A stretch of 59,429 bases of DNA, filler included, from 6 parts of 6 records of this genome joined end to end with filler, not necessarily neighbours in it; one strand, 5' to 3'; shown: positions 10,651 through 21,144, counted from the first letter of the whole stretch. Translations and numbers: made by a program. The notes: generated by a model from the letters alone, not told the origin.

Positions 10651-12048
10651 TCAGCCGGGCACGAGACCCAGTTTCTCCCGCCGGGCAAAGCGCAGGTTCG
10701 CCAGCACCGCGACGGAGGCAAGGCCACCCGCCAGGCCGCACCAGACACCGACCCCGCCCCATTCGGCCACGAAACCCAGTCCAAGCGACAGGCTGATGCC
10801 GACGACCCAATATCCAAACAGGGCATAGAAAAGCGGTATCGTGGTATCGCCCAGGCCGCGCAGGTTATTGACGCCGATAATCTGGCCGCCATCGGCAAGC
10901 TGGAACAGTGCCGCAACCGTCAGGAACGAGACGCCATAGGCCATCACTTCCCTGGCTTCAGGGTCGCTGAGGTCGAGATATGCGCCCACCAGCTGCTCCG
11001 GGATCGTCCAGAACAGAATGGCAAATAGGCCCATGAACAGCATGGTCACGACCAACGCGGTCCAGCCGGCGCGGCCGACCCCCTTGTAGTCGTCCCGCCC
11101 GGAAGCAAGGCTGACGCGGGTCATGGCGGCCACGGACAGGCCGACAGGCACCATGAAGGTGATGGATGCGATCTGCAGGGCGATGCCGTGACCGGCGAGC
11201 GGCAGCGTGCCCAGCCAGCCGATCATCACCGACGAGGCCGTGAACAGGGAGCCCTCTGCAATGATGGTCAGTGCAATCGGCGTTCCCAGCCGGACGATCT
11301 GGAAGAAGACAGGCCAGTCCGACCGCCAGATACGGCCAAGAATGTTGTAGCGCCGAAGCCTGGGGTGCAGCACGGCATACGCCAGCAGGAACAGGAATGT
11401 CGTTGTCGCACTGATGACCGAGGCAATCCCCGCCCCAACCAGTTCCAGGCGCGGGAAACCGAGTTCGCCGAAAATCAGGACATAATCCAGGAACGCATTC
11501 GCGATGGCACCGGCAATCGTCGCCCAGAGCACCACCTGCGTCCGCTCCATTACGGTCAGGAAGCCACGCACGGCCATGATCAGCAGAGCCGGCAACATGG
11601 TCCATTGCAGATAGACCATGTAGATCCCCGCGAGCCTGGCCAGTTCCGGCTCCTGCCCCAGCATCAGCAGGATAGGCTCGATGAAGATCAGGATGCCCCA
11701 GACAGGAATGCAGAACAGGACGGAAATCCAGAAGCCCATGCGCACGGCCCGTCGCAGGTCGCGCAGCTTTTTCTGGCCGCGGGCACGGGCGGCAAGCGGA
11801 ATCACCGCCTGCAGCACACCCATGCCGAAAAACCAGACCAGCATGTAGAAATTGAAGGCCAGCACGGAGGCAGCAAGCTCCTGCGCGCCGAGACGTCCGA
11901 TCATCAGAACGTCCGTGGTATTGATGGCCATCTGGGCCAACTGGGCCCCGGCAAGCGGCAACCCCAGAGAAAGGGTAGGCCGTATGTCGCTCCGCCAAAG
12001 GGACTGGCTCTTGTCCGAATCGGGAGCCCTTGACGCGTTCTGCGCCAT
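10651..12048 (-). CDS. MATE family efflux transporter (NorM-like)
   Basis: 12 TM pattern, TDVLMIGRLG, LRGLGDT; GGAGG before ATG 12048. Confidence 0.92.
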   Translation of the reverse strand: MAQNASRAPDSDKSQSLWRSDIRPTLSLGLPLAGAQLAQMAINTTDVLMIGRLGAQELAASVLAFNFYMLVWFFGMGVLQAVIPLAARARGQKKLRDLRRAVRMGFWISVLFCIPVWGILIFIEPILLMLGQEPELARLAGIYMVYLQWTMLPALLIMAVRGFLTVMERTQVVLWATIAGAIANAFLDYVLIFGELGFPRLELVGAGIASVISATTTFLFLLAYAVLHPRLRRYNILGRIWRSDWPVFFQIVRLGTPIALTIIAEGSLFTASSVMIGWLGTLPLAGHGIALQIASITFMVPVGLSVAAMTRVSLASGRDDYKGVGRAGWTALVVTMLFMGLFAILFWTIPEQLVGAYLDLSDPEAREVMAYGVSFLTVAALFQLADGGQIIGVNNLRGLGDTTIPLFYALFGYWVVGISLSLGLGFVAEWGGVGVWCGLAGGLASVAVLANLRFARREKLGLVPG

Positions 12049-12451
12049 TGTTTCCTCCAACAATGTGGGCAAGGTCATGCCTTCTTGCACGAGGCTCTTC
12101 TGACCGGGGTGAGACATCCACCTCTAGTCGTGATACTGTCCGGTGTCCACACTTGTTCTACGGGTTGGGGACACGCTCCGGCGCAGGTGCCGGAATCCGA
12201 TTTTGGCGGGTTTCTTTGCGAATGCCTGTGGACACATAGGGTTTGCTCTGGTATTAAGCGCGCCAAAGTGAGCGACGCGTCAGCGGCGATAAGGTCTCTG
12301 TACACAAGTGGATGCTTGGTTGATCGGTAAACCGATGGGCATTCGCATGTGTTTTTGAAACCGCCGTAAGGTTCGTTGGCGAAGCCTCGCTTCCATCATG
12401 GTTATTCTTGCTGCGGATCCTCTGCAGCGCATCGAAAACGGGAAAAAACGC

Positions 12452-12679
12452 GTGCAGGTTCTGGTTCGCGACAACAATGTCGATCAAGCGCTGAAGGCGC
12501 TCAAGAAAAAGATGCAGCGCGAAGGCATCTTCCGTGAAATGAAACTTCGCGGTCACTTTGAAAAACCGTCTGAAAAGAAGGCGCGTGAAAAGGCTGAAGC
12601 AATTCGCCGTGCACGCAAGCTGGCTCGCAAGCGGGCACAGCGTGAAGGCCTGCTCCCGGGCAAGTCCGCTCGCCGCTAA
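12452..12679 (+). CDS. rpsU: 30S ribosomal protein S21
   Basis: (M)[24 protein letters not shown]...EKPSEKK; GTG start. Confidence 0.97.
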   Translation: MQVLVRDNNVDQALKALKKKMQREGIFREMKLRGHFEKPSEKKAREKAEAIRRARKLARKRAQREGLLPGKSARR

Positions 12680-12886
12680 GTTCGGCTTGAGCGTTTCTGG
12701 CGGATTTGGCCGCCAATCTTCTCAAAACTGCCCTAAGGCCGACCGAAGTTCCGGTCGGCTTTTGGCGTTTTGCGGGGAATGCTTCCAGCTCGGTTCAAAG
12801 AGCGTGAAGCAGCCATACTCCCGCCCTATTGGAGGCAGATGAACGGCATGTCTAATCGCTTGACCCTTAGAGATCGTATGTGCCGC

Positions 12887-13699
12887 ATGCGCAAGTTTCT
12901 GCCCCATGCAACGTTGCTTGGCCTTGCTGCCGTTCTGTCGGCCTGCACCACGGGCGTCTACGACGATGTGCCGACCAATGCTTCGGCCGGATCTTCGACC
13001 AACATCGCCTCTCTGACGGCGGTGATCGATGCCAATCCGAACGATGCAAGCGCCTACAGCACCCGCGGCATTGCCTACGGCCAGGCCGGCAAGCTGGACA
13101 AGGCGGTCGAGGACTTCAATCGGGCTCTGCAGCTCAACCCGCAGTCCTACCAGACCTATGCCAACCGCGGCCTTGTCTATCGCCGCATGGGCCAGAACGA
13201 TCAGGCGGTCTCCGACTACACCCGCGCGATCAACATCAAGCCGGACTATGACGTGGCCTATGTCGGGCGTGGCAACATCTATCGCCAGCAGGGCAACTAC
13301 AACGCTGCCCTTGCCGACTTCAATTCCGTCATCACCCGTGACAGCAGCGATGCCCGTGCGTTCTACAATCGCGGTCTGATCTACCAGGCGCAGAACCAGC
13401 ATCAGCGCGCGATCGAGGACTTCGCGACTGCCATCGGCCTGAACCCGAAGGCAAGCGCTCCCTATATCGCTCGCGGCATCTCCTACATCGCTGTAAACGA
13501 CCCGAACGCCGCCTTCTCGGACCTGTCGATGGCTGTCAACCTCGACCGGGATTCCGCTATTGCCTGGGCGAACCGGGGCCTTGCCCAGGAAATGCTCAAC
13601 AATCCGAAGGATGCGCGCCGGAGCTATACCCGTGCGATCACGCTGGACAACTCCAACAAGATCGCCCGCGAAGGTCTTGGCCGCGTCGGCAACGGCTGA
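12887..13699 (+). CDS. TPR-repeat lipoprotein
   Basis: Lipobox LSAC; ~6 TPR units of the AYxNRG...A..DF..A type. Confidence 0.88.
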   Translation: MRKFLPHATLLGLAAVLSACTTGVYDDVPTNASAGSSTNIASLTAVIDANPNDASAYSTRGIAYGQAGKLDKAVEDFNRALQLNPQSYQTYANRGLVYRRMGQNDQAVSDYTRAINIKPDYDVAYVGRGNIYRQQGNYNAALADFNSVITRDSSDARAFYNRGLIYQAQNQHQRAIEDFATAIGLNPKASAPYIARGISYIAVNDPNAAFSDLSMAVNLDRDSAIAWANRGLAQEMLNNPKDARRSYTRAITLDNSNKIAREGLGRVGNG

Positions 13700-13872
13700 T
13701 CCGGCCACGACACCCAGCAAGCCTTTTCATCTAGTATCGCGCTCGCACATCGCTGCGAGCGCAGGTTGCGCAAGCGCACCCTTTTCGACGTCAGCGTTCA
13801 TTCGTGTTAGCGTTTTCAAAGCGATTCGCCACGAGACCGCCGTTCCAGACGAAGAAAAGCCAGCTTCGCACC

Positions 13873-14733
13873 ATGACAGCCAGTCCCATTCTCGTAACTT
13901 CGCCGACCACGCGTTCAGGAACAACGCTCCTGCAACGGCTGATCACGAGTTCGGAAAACGGAATTTGCTACGGGGAAACCTGTGGGCGCCGCATCATCAA
14001 CTTGTGCGAGTTTGCGCACAAGGAGATTGTAAACGTCCAGAACAACCAGGAACGGCAAGCCTTCGAGTGGAACAACATCTTCGAAGAGAACTATGACTAC
14101 TGGATGGTTGGCCTGGATCTGCCGGCAGAATTTCCAACCCATGCGCTGGTTGGAGCCGTGCAGGTCTACAGGCAGAGCTACGACGATGCGACACAGGCAA
14201 TCGACAAGGATATCTGGGCGGTAAAGGTTCCCAATGTTTCCTTTCAAAGCGTCGTCAAGACGTCGGACCTGATCAGCGACCTCAAATGCATCTACATCTA
14301 TCGGAATGTCTACGATGTCCTGCGGTCGCAGAAGTCGAAGGGCTGGATCACTGACCTGTCGAAGCTTGTCGAAGGCTGCACCGAGTGGATTGCCAACACG
14401 GAAGTGATCGTCACGCTGAAGCGCAATCAGTTCGAAAATCTGCCGGCAATGCTGCACGTCGTCGAATATGAGGACCTGACGGAAAACCTTCAGGAGAATA
14501 TCGACCGGATAGAGGCCTTCACCAACCTGACGGGCATCAAGCCCGAAGTGGCCGACACGAAGATCAATACCTGGAAACCGACGTCTGCAACGAACTTCGG
14601 GCCAGAAGTTTCCTATACACCGCCTCAAAACCTGTCCCGTCAGGAATGCGAAATCATCGACAAGATCTGCGGTCACCGCATGCGGGAGCTCTATCCCGAC
14701 CTGCAAATGGAAAGATATCTGGCGAACGCCTGA
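13873..14733 (+). CDS. Sulfotransferase family protein
   Basis: 5'-PAPS loop TRSGTTLL and 3'-phosphate motif IYIYRNVYDVLRS. Confidence 0.75.
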   Translation: MTASPILVTSPTTRSGTTLLQRLITSSENGICYGETCGRRIINLCEFAHKEIVNVQNNQERQAFEWNNIFEENYDYWMVGLDLPAEFPTHALVGAVQVYRQSYDDATQAIDKDIWAVKVPNVSFQSVVKTSDLISDLKCIYIYRNVYDVLRSQKSKGWITDLSKLVEGCTEWIANTEVIVTLKRNQFENLPAMLHVVEYEDLTENLQENIDRIEAFTNLTGIKPEVADTKINTWKPTSATNFGPEVSYTPPQNLSRQECEIIDKICGHRMRELYPDLQMERYLANA

Positions 14734-14794
14734 CCGTGACCTCGGACAGCCGTTTTGAGCTGACCGGCAAACCAATCACCAACACCGACGAGCG

Positions 14795-15466
14795 TCAGAA
14801 CGGTACTTCGGACCGGAAACAGATCCGCTCCCCATGCGCCGGATGGTGCAGTTCAAGCGTTTCGGCGTGAAGCGCAAGCCTGCTGGAGGCTGTCAGCGCC
14901 TCACCTTCCGAATAGAACCTGTCGCCTGTGATTGGATGCCCGAGCGAAAGCATGTGGACACGCAGTTGATGCGACCGTCCCGTATGGGGAAACAGCCGGA
15001 CCCGCGTCGTCAGTTCTTTCCGCTCAAGTACCTTCCACCTGGTTTGCGCAGGTTTGCCAAACTCGAAGCTGACCATCTGCTTGGGCCTGTTCGGCCAGTC
15101 GCAAACGAGCGGCAGATCAATTTCTCCCTCGTCTTCTGACGGGCTCCCCCAGATATCGGCAATGTAGGTCTTGAGCGTCTTGCGCCGTTCAAACTGAAGC
15201 CCCAGATGCCGATGTGCTGCGGGGTTCCTTGCCAGAACCATGACACCGGACGTATCCATGTCGAGCCGGTGAACGATCCGCGCGTCTGGGAAGCGCTCCT
15301 GCGCGCGGCTTTCGACGCAGTCGCCATGTTCGGCAGCCTTGCCTGGCACGCTCAAGAGCCCGCTCGGCTTGTCGATCACCAGAAGATCGTCATCTGCGTG
15401 TAGAACCGTCAGAAACGGCTCCAGCGGCGGGGCATAGACAAAGGATGCTGGCGCGGCTTGGCTCAT
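14795..15466 (-). CDS. rluA: RluA family pseudouridine synthase
   Basis: KPSGLLSVPG, HRLDMDTSG, TGRSHQLRVH. Confidence 0.9.
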   Translation of the reverse strand: MSQAAPASFVYAPPLEPFLTVLHADDDLLVIDKPSGLLSVPGKAAEHGDCVESRAQERFPDARIVHRLDMDTSGVMVLARNPAAHRHLGLQFERRKTLKTYIADIWGSPSEDEGEIDLPLVCDWPNRPKQMVSFEFGKPAQTRWKVLERKELTTRVRLFPHTGRSHQLRVHMLSLGHPITGDRFYSEGEALTASSRLALHAETLELHHPAHGERICFRSEVPF

Positions 15467-15575
15467 CGCACTTGGGGTCCAGGAACAAAAGGAAAAGGCG
15501 CGGATCTGACCGCGCCTTTCCAAAAACAGATGTGTTCGTCTGTGCTGGCCGGACCATGAAGGCCGGAGGCCAAGC

Positions 15576-15857
15576 TCAGACGGTCAGGATCGCCAGGATG
15601 CCGCTCAGAACGAAGACAGCTGCAGGCGGGATCCAGCCGGATGCACCCAGAGCCATGCCGACAGCGGTGGCAATGAGGGTTGCGATCAGCAGCAGCCAGC
15701 CAAAAACGGTAGCAGCGGTGCCGCCAAAGGCGAACATGATCAGGCAGACGACAATGGTCAGGACTGCGATCGTGCCGATCTTGGAGAAGTTGATGAACCC
15801 CTCGTAAGTCTGCTCGTGAGCGTCATAGTCCATTGCGGGCGCAGTTTCGTCAGACAT
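15576..15857 (-). CDS. aa3-type cytochrome c oxidase subunit IV family protein
   Basis: MDYDAHEQTYEGFI followed by TM helices. Confidence 0.75.
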   Translation of the reverse strand: MSDETAPAMDYDAHEQTYEGFINFSKIGTIAVLTIVVCLIMFAFGGTAATVFGWLLLIATLIATAVGMALGASGWIPPAAVFVLSGILAILTV

Positions 15858-16012
15858 GAAGTCCCCCAGGAAAATTCGATAGTCGGCAGCCTACATACAA
15901 TAAAGCCTGCCGGTTCGGCAATGACGGGAAGTGCACATTTCGTCACACAGGTCGCGACTTTTTGACAGCTTTGGCTTTGGCACCCTGTTCTACACTGAAA
16001 TCCTTCGCACAA

Positions 16013-17392
16013 TCAGGCAGCATGTGAGGCTCCGGCAAGCCCGGCTGAAGCCAGTACATCGTTCTGGCGCTTGCGTACGGTTGCCGCTTCAAAACCGTCG
16101 ATCTGCTCGTTGAACAGCTCAAAGAAATTGAGTTCCGCCCGCAGGTGCAGGAACACTCCGCCCAACCCGATTGCCGCCCGGTCCATGAAGACGAACTCCT
16201 GCGGCACCGTCAGCGGCCCCAGTTGCTTCAGGGCGGAATGAACGCGGAAGGCTTCCTTGCGTCCGTATTCGGCAGCCGACACGCCGTCCGCGATCGATCG
16301 GACGCGGTCACTGAGCAGAGGACCGTAGATGAACCTTGCCCAGATGTTCAGAACCTCGATGACTTCCTTTTTCAGGTCCTTGAAGCCCCAGCGCTCATAG
16401 GCTGCGACGACCCGATCGTCATTTTCTTCCAGAAGGCCACGATAGAGTTCGACGACGCCCTCGACAAACGCCTCGGGGAAGATGCGGATGCAGCCGTAGT
16501 CCAGCAGATTGATGCCCGCCGGAGCGCCTTCCTGTTCGAACACGGTGTAGTTGCCCAGATGTGGGTCACCGTGAATCACGCCGAAATGACTGAACGGATG
16601 CCACCAGGCATGGAACATGGTTCTGGCGAGCAGATTGCGCTCGTCCTGGCTGTGTTCCTTGTAGTCGAGCAGAGGTTTTCCGGTGAGCCACCCCATTGTG
16701 AGCAGGCGTTTGGTCGAAAGCTCCGGGATCACTTCGGGTACGCGGATACGGTCGAAATCTCCCAGGATTCCCTGATAGACGGCGATATGTGCCGCTTCCC
16801 TGGCATAGTCCAGCTCCTCACGGACCCGGGCGCTTATTTCCTTGGCGATCTCGCGCGTATCGATGGCCGGGCTCATGCGCCGATGCAATGAAAACAGCAT
16901 CTGCAGTTGCTTGAGATCCGCCTCGACTGCAGAAGCCATGTCCGGATATTGCAGCTTGCAGGCCAGAACGCGTCCATCATGGCCGGTGGCCCGGTGCACC
17001 TGTCCAAGGGAAGCCGCTGCAGACGGCTCCTTGCCGAATTCGGCAAACCGGCCTTGCCAGTCCGCACCGAGCTCGGCCCGCATCCGGCGTTTGACGAAGG
17101 CCCAGCCCATGGGCGGTGCACTGGCCTGCAGCTTGGCAAGTTCGGTCGTATATTCCGGCGGCAATGCATCCGGGATCGTCGACAAGAGCTGCGCCACCTT
17201 CATCAAGGGGCCTTTCAGCCCACCAAGGGCCGCAGCCAGTTCGGCCGCGTTCTTGGCATTGTCGAGTTCCATGCCGAACAACCGTGCCCCGGCCACCTTT
17301 GCGGCAATGCCACCCATGTTGGTGCCGACTTTGGCATAGCGCCCCATGCGAGCGCTGAGGCGGTTGCTTTCACGGTCTTTGCTGTCGGCCAT
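16013..17392 (-). CDS. ABC1/UbiB (AarF) atypical kinase
   Basis: KVAQ, AAASLGQVH, KLQYP, EELDY, HGDPHLGN, LDYG. Confidence 0.92.
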   Translation of the reverse strand: MADSKDRESNRLSARMGRYAKVGTNMGGIAAKVAGARLFGMELDNAKNAAELAAALGGLKGPLMKVAQLLSTIPDALPPEYTTELAKLQASAPPMGWAFVKRRMRAELGADWQGRFAEFGKEPSAAASLGQVHRATGHDGRVLACKLQYPDMASAVEADLKQLQMLFSLHRRMSPAIDTREIAKEISARVREELDYAREAAHIAVYQGILGDFDRIRVPEVIPELSTKRLLTMGWLTGKPLLDYKEHSQDERNLLARTMFHAWWHPFSHFGVIHGDPHLGNYTVFEQEGAPAGINLLDYGCIRIFPEAFVEGVVELYRGLLEENDDRVVAAYERWGFKDLKKEVIEVLNIWARFIYGPLLSDRVRSIADGVSAAEYGRKEAFRVHSALKQLGPLTVPQEFVFMDRAAIGLGGVFLHLRAELNFFELFNEQIDGFEAATVRKRQNDVLASAGLAGASHAA

Positions 17393-17559
17393 GCGGTGGC
17401 GGGCTCCCTTGTAACAACTGGCGTTCCGGGAACGCCCGATGCATCAAACCGTTGGATACGGTCTCCTGGCACTACATATGAACTACCGCAACAATATCCA
17501 GCTCCACTAGCCGCTATTCCGACGCAGGCGTCCAACAGCCCGGCATCGCCCGGCTATTT

Positions 17560-18447
17560 TCAGAAATAGCCGCTCCTGCCGATGTCCACCAGCAGACCGC
17601 ATTCTGCCGGCTGCCAGCCGAGCGCAGCCCGGGTCCTGTCGCAGGACGCAGGACCATCCATTCCGGCAAAGATACCCAGGAAGCCGAAATAGGATCCTGC
17701 GTCGTCCGGGGTGAGCGAGCGCACGGGAAGGTCCAACCCCTGGCCGATTGCCTCGGCGATTGCGCGGAAAGGAATGCCTTCTTCGCCGATTGCGTGAAAA
17801 AGACCATCTGTCTCCGGTGTTTCAAGTGCGAGACGATAAGCCCTTGCCGCATCCAGACGGTGCACTGCCGGCCAGCGGTTTTCACCATCGCCAACATAGG
17901 CGGCAAACCCCTTCTCCCGGGCGATGCCGATCAGCATCGGGACAAAACCATGATCACCCGGTCCATGAACCGAGAAAGGCAGGCGGACCACCCTGGCGTT
18001 GATCCCGGCCTGCACCAGCTCGGCCGTCGCGGCCTCGGTAGCTCTGGGATAGGTCGGTGAGGTTGGAACCGCCGGATCGGCTTCAGTTGCCACCGGTCCG
18101 GACCGGACAACGGCAACACCCGAGGTAACCAGCAGTGGCCGGTCTGTTCCGGATAGCCCCTCGCCGAGGGCCAGAATGGCGGCACGGTCTTCCTCACAGC
18201 TTGCGGCAAAGCGCGAAAAATCATGATTGAACGCCGTGTGCACGACAGCGTCACTTGCCCTTGCTCCATCACGAAGGCTGTCGTGATCCTCCAGTGACCC
18301 GATCTGCACTTGTGCTCCTTGAGACCGGAGGAGCGCAGCCCCTCTTTCCGATCGGCTGAGGCCAAGCACCTGGTGGCCTGCCTGCAACAACTCCGAAACG
18401 ACGGCGGAGCCAACAAACCCTGTTGCGCCGGTAACGAATACTCGCAT
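17560..18447 (-). CDS. Atypical SDR / NAD-dependent epimerase-dehydratase
   Basis: MRVFVTGATGFVG, HTAFNHDF, WPAVHRLDAA. Confidence 0.88.
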   Translation of the reverse strand: MRVFVTGATGFVGSAVVSELLQAGHQVLGLSRSERGAALLRSQGAQVQIGSLEDHDSLRDGARASDAVVHTAFNHDFSRFAASCEEDRAAILALGEGLSGTDRPLLVTSGVAVVRSGPVATEADPAVPTSPTYPRATEAATAELVQAGINARVVRLPFSVHGPGDHGFVPMLIGIAREKGFAAYVGDGENRWPAVHRLDAARAYRLALETPETDGLFHAIGEEGIPFRAIAEAIGQGLDLPVRSLTPDDAGSYFGFLGIFAGMDGPASCDRTRAALGWQPAECGLLVDIGRSGYF

Positions 18448-18544
18448 GAAAACACTCCGTTGGTTGAACGGCGAGCAGTCTTGCGGCAATATTTATCCAG
18501 TTAAAGTAGTGACTTTATACAGGTATAATGACTGACAGGATAAG

Positions 18545-19402
18545 ATGGCGGATATCCAGGAAGACAATAGACTGGGCCGGTTTCTGAAGGATCGCAGGGC
18601 AAAACTGGATCCCGCCGCATTCGGCATTCCCCTCACCCGCCGGCGAACGCCGGGCCTGAGGCGCGAAGAAGTCGCACAACGCGCGAATGTAAGCGTCACC
18701 TGGTACACATGGCTTGAACAGGGACGCGGCGGTGCGCCTTCGGCCGACGTCCTTGACCGGGTTTCAAAGGCCTTGATGCTGACGGATGTCGAACGCGAGC
18801 ATCTTTATCTTATCGGGCTCGGCCGTGCCCCTGACGTTCGCTACCAACCGCAGGAAGGCGTGTCGCCCCGGCTTCAGAACGTTCTGGATGCCCTGGAACA
18901 GACCCCTGCCATGATCAGGACCCACACCTGGGACGTCGTTGCCTGGAACCGCGCTTCTTCGGCGGTCCTGACCGACTACGCCAGCTTGCCCCCCGGCGAA
19001 CGCAACATTTTGCGTCTGATCTTCAGCGACCCGAGGGTCCGCAATATTCAGGCAGATTGGGAAAGCGTCGCCCGTTTCGTCGTCGGTGCTTTTCGGGCCG
19101 ATGTGGTACGCGCCGGCGCCGCATATGAAACCACAACCCTGGTAGAGGAATTGTGCCAGCTGAGCCAGGATTTCGAACGCCTGTGGAAGGACCATGACGT
19201 CCTCGCCTCAGACGACCTTACCAAGCGGTTGAAACACCCTGTGGCCGGCTGGATGAGCCTTGAATGTTCGACCTTTGCCGTCGACGGCCGTGCGGACCTT
19301 GCGATGATGGTCTACCACCCGGCGAGCGCTGAAGACCGGGAAAAGGTCAGGGCATTGATTGACGCTCAGTACACAGCACGATCTTCCGCTAGCCGAGACT
19401 GA
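18545..19402 (+). CDS. MmyB-type XRE transcriptional regulator
   Basis: RRRTPGLRREEVA, WYTWLEQGR, C-terminal PAS-like ligand domain; divergent from SDR. Confidence 0.92.
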   Translation: MADIQEDNRLGRFLKDRRAKLDPAAFGIPLTRRRTPGLRREEVAQRANVSVTWYTWLEQGRGGAPSADVLDRVSKALMLTDVEREHLYLIGLGRAPDVRYQPQEGVSPRLQNVLDALEQTPAMIRTHTWDVVAWNRASSAVLTDYASLPPGERNILRLIFSDPRVRNIQADWESVARFVVGAFRADVVRAGAAYETTTLVEELCQLSQDFERLWKDHDVLASDDLTKRLKHPVAGWMSLECSTFAVDGRADLAMMVYHPASAEDREKVRALIDAQYTARSSASRD

Positions 19403-20291
19403 TTTTTTCCAGCGCCCGGGCCAGATCGTCCCGTGTTGCCACAAGGCCCTTGTAGGCAAGCTGATCCGGATCAAGCGCAAGAAGCTGCTTGCGGAGCCCT
19501 TCCGCCAGCCCTGCACGCCCTTCCTGCGCTTCCAGTGCCGCCAACGGATCGTGATGGATCTTGATGGTGAACAGGATATCGCCGGACCCGGGCAGACGCC
19601 GCAAGGTTTGCCGCTCGACCCGTAGGAAAAGCTGGGCCAGTGCACCATCGTCAATCTTGACGCGGATCTGTTTCGGCAAGGGATGGTGAAGGTCGCCGTC
19701 GGGATAGATCGACCAGTTGAATCGCTCCAGAAACTGTCCGGCTTTCAGATTGTCGAATATCCGGGCCACCATCATTCCCATGCGGCTTCCGTTGAAGCCG
19801 GGAACATTGTCATGAATGCCCGTCATGGACTGGCCGAACTTCTCCGCCAGAGACCAGGACGAGGGAAAACAGAGCGCGGCAGCCGTGAGCCTGTAGCCGT
19901 CCTGCCCGGGCCGCATCAAGACAAGATCTTCCTGCACAAGACTTGCAGCCGTTACGAGTGCTGGAGCCCCGGCAAGCGGGATACGCGCGCCGTTGGCGAC
20001 AATCTCGACTTCGGCATCCCCGACCCGGTGGGTATCTGCATGAAACCGCGAGAGGTTCTCCGTGAGGAGGTCCAGGACCTCGTGCTGCGCGGCATCTGTG
20101 TCCGGCTCTGCACGGAAAACCGTTCCCAGATGATCGGAAAACAGCCGTTTCTTCTCACCCAGATGTTTCGCCAGAAAGGGATCGGGTTCCAGCCAGACCT
20201 CCTCACCGATCGGCTTCAGACCGACGGTGAAAGGCTGGCTGGTGCCGTCATAGGGCGTGTGGTGGAAGGGTGGCAACGCTGGCCGTGTCAT
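19389..20291 (-). CDS. DUF3445 / heme-dependent oxidative N-demethylase alpha-subunit family protein
   Basis: VQEDLVLM, LCFPSSW, IHDNVP, RFNWS, RVERQTLRRLP...LFTI. Confidence 0.8.
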   Translation of the reverse strand: MTRPALPPFHHTPYDGTSQPFTVGLKPIGEEVWLEPDPFLAKHLGEKKRLFSDHLGTVFRAEPDTDAAQHEVLDLLTENLSRFHADTHRVGDAEVEIVANGARIPLAGAPALVTAASLVQEDLVLMRPGQDGYRLTAAALCFPSSWSLAEKFGQSMTGIHDNVPGFNGSRMGMMVARIFDNLKAGQFLERFNWSIYPDGDLHHPLPKQIRVKIDDGALAQLFLRVERQTLRRLPGSGDILFTIKIHHDPLAALEAQEGRAGLAEGLRKQLLALDPDQLAYKGLVATRDDLARALEKISLG

Positions 20292-20302
20292 CGGAAACCG
20301 CG

Positions 20303-20753
20303 TCAAGCCTCTTCCAGAGCTTCGAGTTCGTCGATGATCCGCTCGATCACCGACAGGCCCTTTTTCCAGAAATCCGGATCGACCGCGCTCAGTCCGAACG
20401 GAGCCAGAAGTTCGGAATGGTGTTTGGTACCACCAGCCTTCAGCAGATCGAAATACTTCTCCTGGAATCCGGTCTCCGCTTCCTCGTAAACCGCATAAAG
20501 CGAGTTCACCAGGCAATCGCCAAAGGCATACGCATAGACATAGAACGGCGAATGGATGAAGTGCGGAATATAGGTCCAGAAGGTTTCATAGCCTTCGCTC
20601 AACTTGATCGCCGGACCAAGGCTTTCGCCCTGCACGGACAGCCACAATTCACCGATCTTGTCCGACGTCAGCTCGCCATTGCGCCGTTCCGTGTGAACCT
20701 TGCGCTCAAACGTGTAGAAGGCAATCTGGCGCACCACGGTGTTGATCATGTCC
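20303..20753 (-). CDS. M3 family oligoendopeptidase, C-terminal fragment (5' end cut by gap)
   Basis: RQIAFYTFE, WTYIPHFIHSPFYVYAYAFG, DFWKKGL. Confidence 0.9.
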
Positions 20754-20853
20754 NNNNNNNNNNNNNNNNNNNNNNNNNNNNNNNNNNNNNNNNNNNNTTA
20801 ATTAATTAANNNNNNNNNNNNNNNNNNNNNNNNNNNNNNNNNNNNNNNNNNNN
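20754..20853. other. Artificial contig spacer
   Basis: 44 N + TTAATTAATTAA + 44 N. Confidence 0.99.
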
Positions 20854-21008
20854 AGCCCTAAGGGCTCGACCCGGTAGCTGAAAGCTGTGAGCCTCAAATT
20901 CTGACCCGCTCAAACAAGATTTCAAACCGCTCAACCAGAGCCCCCGGCCGCTCAGTCTTTTTGACTGGAATCTCAAAGTCTTCTGACAGTTTTTCAGCCT
21001 CCGGAATT
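20854..21008. repeat. Palindromic dispersed repeat (REP-like), related to 53753-53922
   Basis: AGCCC-TAA-GGGCT hairpin, GCTGTGAGCC, and CCCGGCCGCTCAG shared with the fragment-6 copy. Confidence 0.6.
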
Positions 21009-21060
21009 AGCGGATAACAGGCATGACACTCAGACTGAAATATCCAGACACAAGTACAAA

Positions 21061-21114
21061 CATAAAAATCCAACAAGCCTGAGATGCGAGAGAAACGAGG
21101 CAGCTCAAAGCGCC
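21061..21114 (-). repeat. Conserved non-coding hairpin element, copy 1
   Basis: cataaaaatccaacaagcctgagatgc...ggcagctcaaagcgcca, nearly identical to 28841-28904 except for the loop. Confidence 0.75.
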
Positions 21115-21144
21115 AATGTTAACTCCAGGACTCCCAGGCGCTTT

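Noticed and set aside
20798-20809. TTAATTAATTAA palindrome repeated five times
   Set aside because: Always centred in 44+44 N; an artificial all-frame stop linker. ORFs ending in ...XXXLIN are artefacts of it.
20894-21076. 60-aa ORF
   Set aside because: Overlaps the dispersed repeat and element, has a TTG start and no recognisable motif.
21061-21127. Conserved element read as an integron attC site (ATCCAAC ... GTTAACT)
   Set aside because: The two ends are not complementary, copy 2 lacks the GTT, spacing does not fit and no integrase is present.
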